From contig NC_088792.1 of the NCBI RefSeq assembly GCF_011386835.1, forward strand, positions 161,944,001 to 162,008,000: a DNA stretch of 64,000 nucleotides. The letters run 5' to 3'. The stretch comes from Chrysemys picta bellii (Eukaryota). Of the stretch, positions 61,352 to 64,000 are shown in pieces. The notes beneath the pieces were generated by a model, which worked only from the letters and a program-made list of their open reading frames with translations, did not search any database and had not been told where the DNA came from. The position numbers and the translations under genes are program-made. How positions within the stretch are numbered: position 1 is the first letter of the stretch; the number at the start of each line of letters is the position of its first letter.

Positions 61352-62629
61352 TGCAGGTGTAAATCAGCAAAACCCCATTTAGTACAACAGAGCTGCACTG
61401 ATTTACACTATCTGAGGATCTGGTCCAATAGGTACATGTATCATTTCCCGCTTTTCCCACCACACACACACACACACAGGGTGGAAAGTGGCAGTTACTT
61501 AGCAGTCTACAGCAACACAACACAATAGTTTAGGACAGGAAGTGAAGAAGACTCCCATATGCAAATGAAACTCTAGGTGGAATGTAGGGAGGTAGAATGT
61601 AATTACTCCTATTGGAATTTCACCACAGTTAATCTCTCTACTAAATGAAATGTAAAATGTTCTCTATACCCTAAAACAAATGCAACCCCCTGGAACCCAG
61701 CTATAGAAACTTACTCTTAAACCTGGAGACAAGAACAAAAGATTGAGGCCTGGATTCCCACAGACACCAAGACCCTTTTGCACCATTTTGGCACTGTAAA
61801 AGGGCCTTAATGTGTGTGTGTGTCCTCCTTTGCACAACACCTACTCCAATTCTATTTATACCCACTTTATACCACTCCGGCAGTATAAAGAAATTTAAAG
61901 GGGCCTTAGTGTAACTAAGAATCAGGCCCTTAGTAAATCTATTCCCCGTTCCCATGCAAGGAGTAGACACATTATAAGGTTTTCCCTCCCCACCTATTTT
62001 TTCCTCCTAATTCTAAAAACTTTTCCTGAATCCTGTCCCCCTAGACGTTTTCTTGCTCTCCCCGCTTGCTCTCTTACTGCATCTGCACAGGTTGAAACCA
62101 TACCAGCCACATGTAGGAGCAGAGACTCTGGACTAGTGATAAGGGAACCTCAAACATACACATTCCTACACACACTTCTGTGTCCTCCTACCTCCCAACT
62201 GTTGAACCAGCGCGGGGTCACCTCTCTTTGGCTTTGGAGACCAGCTGTGTATCTATAGGGATGGCTGCCTGCATAATGCTGGCACAAAGAAGGAACTGAC
62301 CAACCCATTTCCACAAGGGGTCCAGCTTTTTAGCCAGACTAAATTAACATCGCTCCATTGAAGTCAATGTACACCAGTTTACACCAGCTGAGGTTCTGAC
62401 CCAGGGACTATTAAGTACGATCTGGGAGTTAGCTGAAGCATCTTGTGAGTTCCGAGGCACCTAGCCATGTCTGGGATACGCACAAGGGAGAAATATCCCT
62501 CCATGCCTAACTGAGTGAATGACCTTCCCACTGCTCCTTGTCCAACTCAAACCCCTCCCCACCCCACTAGACTTGAGGCCGCATCTCTGCTCCTCTCCAA
62601 CCAGGATCACCACCATCTACAGCCAGGAG

Positions 62630-62870
62630 GCCTGCGAAAATCTTGACAATGGATAAGCCACTAGTGCACTGATACCAGTGCCTATTGTGCTGACCAACAT
62701 CGTCCCATTGTTTTCTTGTACTCCCCCGTCAGTCTGTAGCCAGCTCTTGTCTCTAGTCTCAATCTTAGATTTGTAAGCTCCTTGGGGCAGGGACTATCTC
62801 TTTGTTCTGTATTTGTACAGCGCCTAGCACAGTAGGGACCTGGTTCATTAAATACAAATAATAATAATTA
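62630..62870 (+). mobile_element. L2-type LINE 3' end
   Basis: TTAGATTTGTAAGCTCCTTGGGGCAGGGACTATCTCTTTGTTCTGTATTTGTACAGCGCCTAGCAC plus an AATAAT tail. Similar pieces lie near 10.0 and 30.95 kb. Confidence 0.65.
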
Positions 62871-64000
62871 ATAACACTGGGAATTTCCAGCTGGACACCA
62901 GAGCAGGATTATTGCAGTGGAAAGAACTAACAGAACCAGAAAAGCAGGCAGGAATGGAAAGGCCAGAAATCATATTTTTATCCCTCTTATCCCTGATGAT
63001 TGTTACAACTGAGTCAGTGACTCTCAATGTGAGAAGTGTTTATGGGTCAAGAGGCACAGTGGGCCCTTCCTAGCCAGGGATGCACTTTCCTCTGGCTGGG
63101 CCATGATAAACACATATGCAGTGCTCCCTTCCTGCAGATCTTTTTCTCAGTGCCTGGCAGAGACCTGTCCTCCGATCCCCAAAACTAAGGAAGGACCAAA
63201 TGCAGAACCAGCACTTGTAAGATCCTGAACTGTGCCAGTGAGTTTTGTCTTCATTGTTGTGCTGCCTTTGCACCTCCTGTTTCCAGTCTGTATTTGAATC
63301 CTGAAATCTCATCAGAGGAGTCTAGCTATTACAATGGTTGCCGATGGTGAACTCATGGATTGGAGAGAGGAGATCTGTTTATGACTTATACAAATGGATA
63401 GACAAAAGTCTCTTTCCATGAGGTTTCCAGCCTAATACTGAAGATTTAAGAGGTCTGAATGGTTCAAAGAGGCTTTCAAACTCTTGGTACACTTAGTAAT
63501 AATATCTCCATTTCACAGAGGGATAAGCTGAGGCACAAAGAGGTTTTGTGACTTGCCCAAGATTACACAGCAAATCAGTGTTAGTCAGGAATAGAACCCA
63601 GGAATCCTGAGGCCAGTACCCCCGCTACTCTAACTCCTAGACATGCTGTCCACTCAATGCTTAGCCAATAGTTAACCCCACTGTCTGTTTGCAAGCATAT
63701 ACCCTGTGCAAGATGAGAGGAAAAGACAAAAGAACTTTCTGAAGGGCAGTATAACAAGTTCTATCCAATTGATCAGGGCATGTGACAGGCTGACCAGGTC
63801 AGTCAGCAAGTGATGGACAGCAGAGGTCTCCCAATGAACTCTGTGTGACCTGGCAGCTCCTGGGTACATCTCTGATCTTTGCTGATACAGGAACCTTCCT
63901 GCTGTTTTTATAGGAGGTCTCTCATGCTTCCAGAGCATGATGTCTGGGTTTCCACTTGGTTGTCTATTCACACACCCTGCATTGGAGCCAGCAGCTCACA

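Noticed and set aside
1-64000. CRISPR arrays, operons or other prokaryotic systems
   Set aside because: The sequence is vertebrate. No regularly spaced repeat-spacer array or dense coding region is present.

Overview
Vertebrate genomic DNA, almost certainly a turtle (probably Testudinoidea), judged from a tortoise-type tRNA/CR1 SINE and turtle-type CR1, Penelope, hAT and Harbinger families. The species assignment is inference. The window looks intronic or intergenic and is dense in repeats. I found no recognisable host protein-coding exon in the readable sequence. Nearly all long ORFs in the track are spurious, arising from GC-rich transposon interiors, LTRs or N-runs. Real coding remnants are all from retroelements: a Utopia/NeSL restriction-like endonuclease (2.8-3.1 kb), a Penelope GIY-YIG endonuclease (3.6-4.1 kb), CR1 ORF2 ends, an L1-clade linker (37.1-37.7 kb) and an RTE C-terminus (44.5-44.9 kb). 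The most notable observation is a young, 5'-truncated Utopia-like retrotransposon, from a family known to target U2 snRNA genes. Here it is inserted in the terminal repeat of a Penelope-like element, at a 15-nt motif matching U2 at 12/15 positions, and an uninterrupted copy of the same site lies at 44.45 kb in this window. Also notable are a 275-nt N-run bounded exactly by a splice acceptor and donor, an inverted pair of Penelope hammerhead-ribozyme motifs, an AmnSINE1 relic, several nested insertions with intact target-site duplications (TSDs), and a 33-bp micro-inversion in a CR1. Family names come from remembered consensus sequences, not from a database search.
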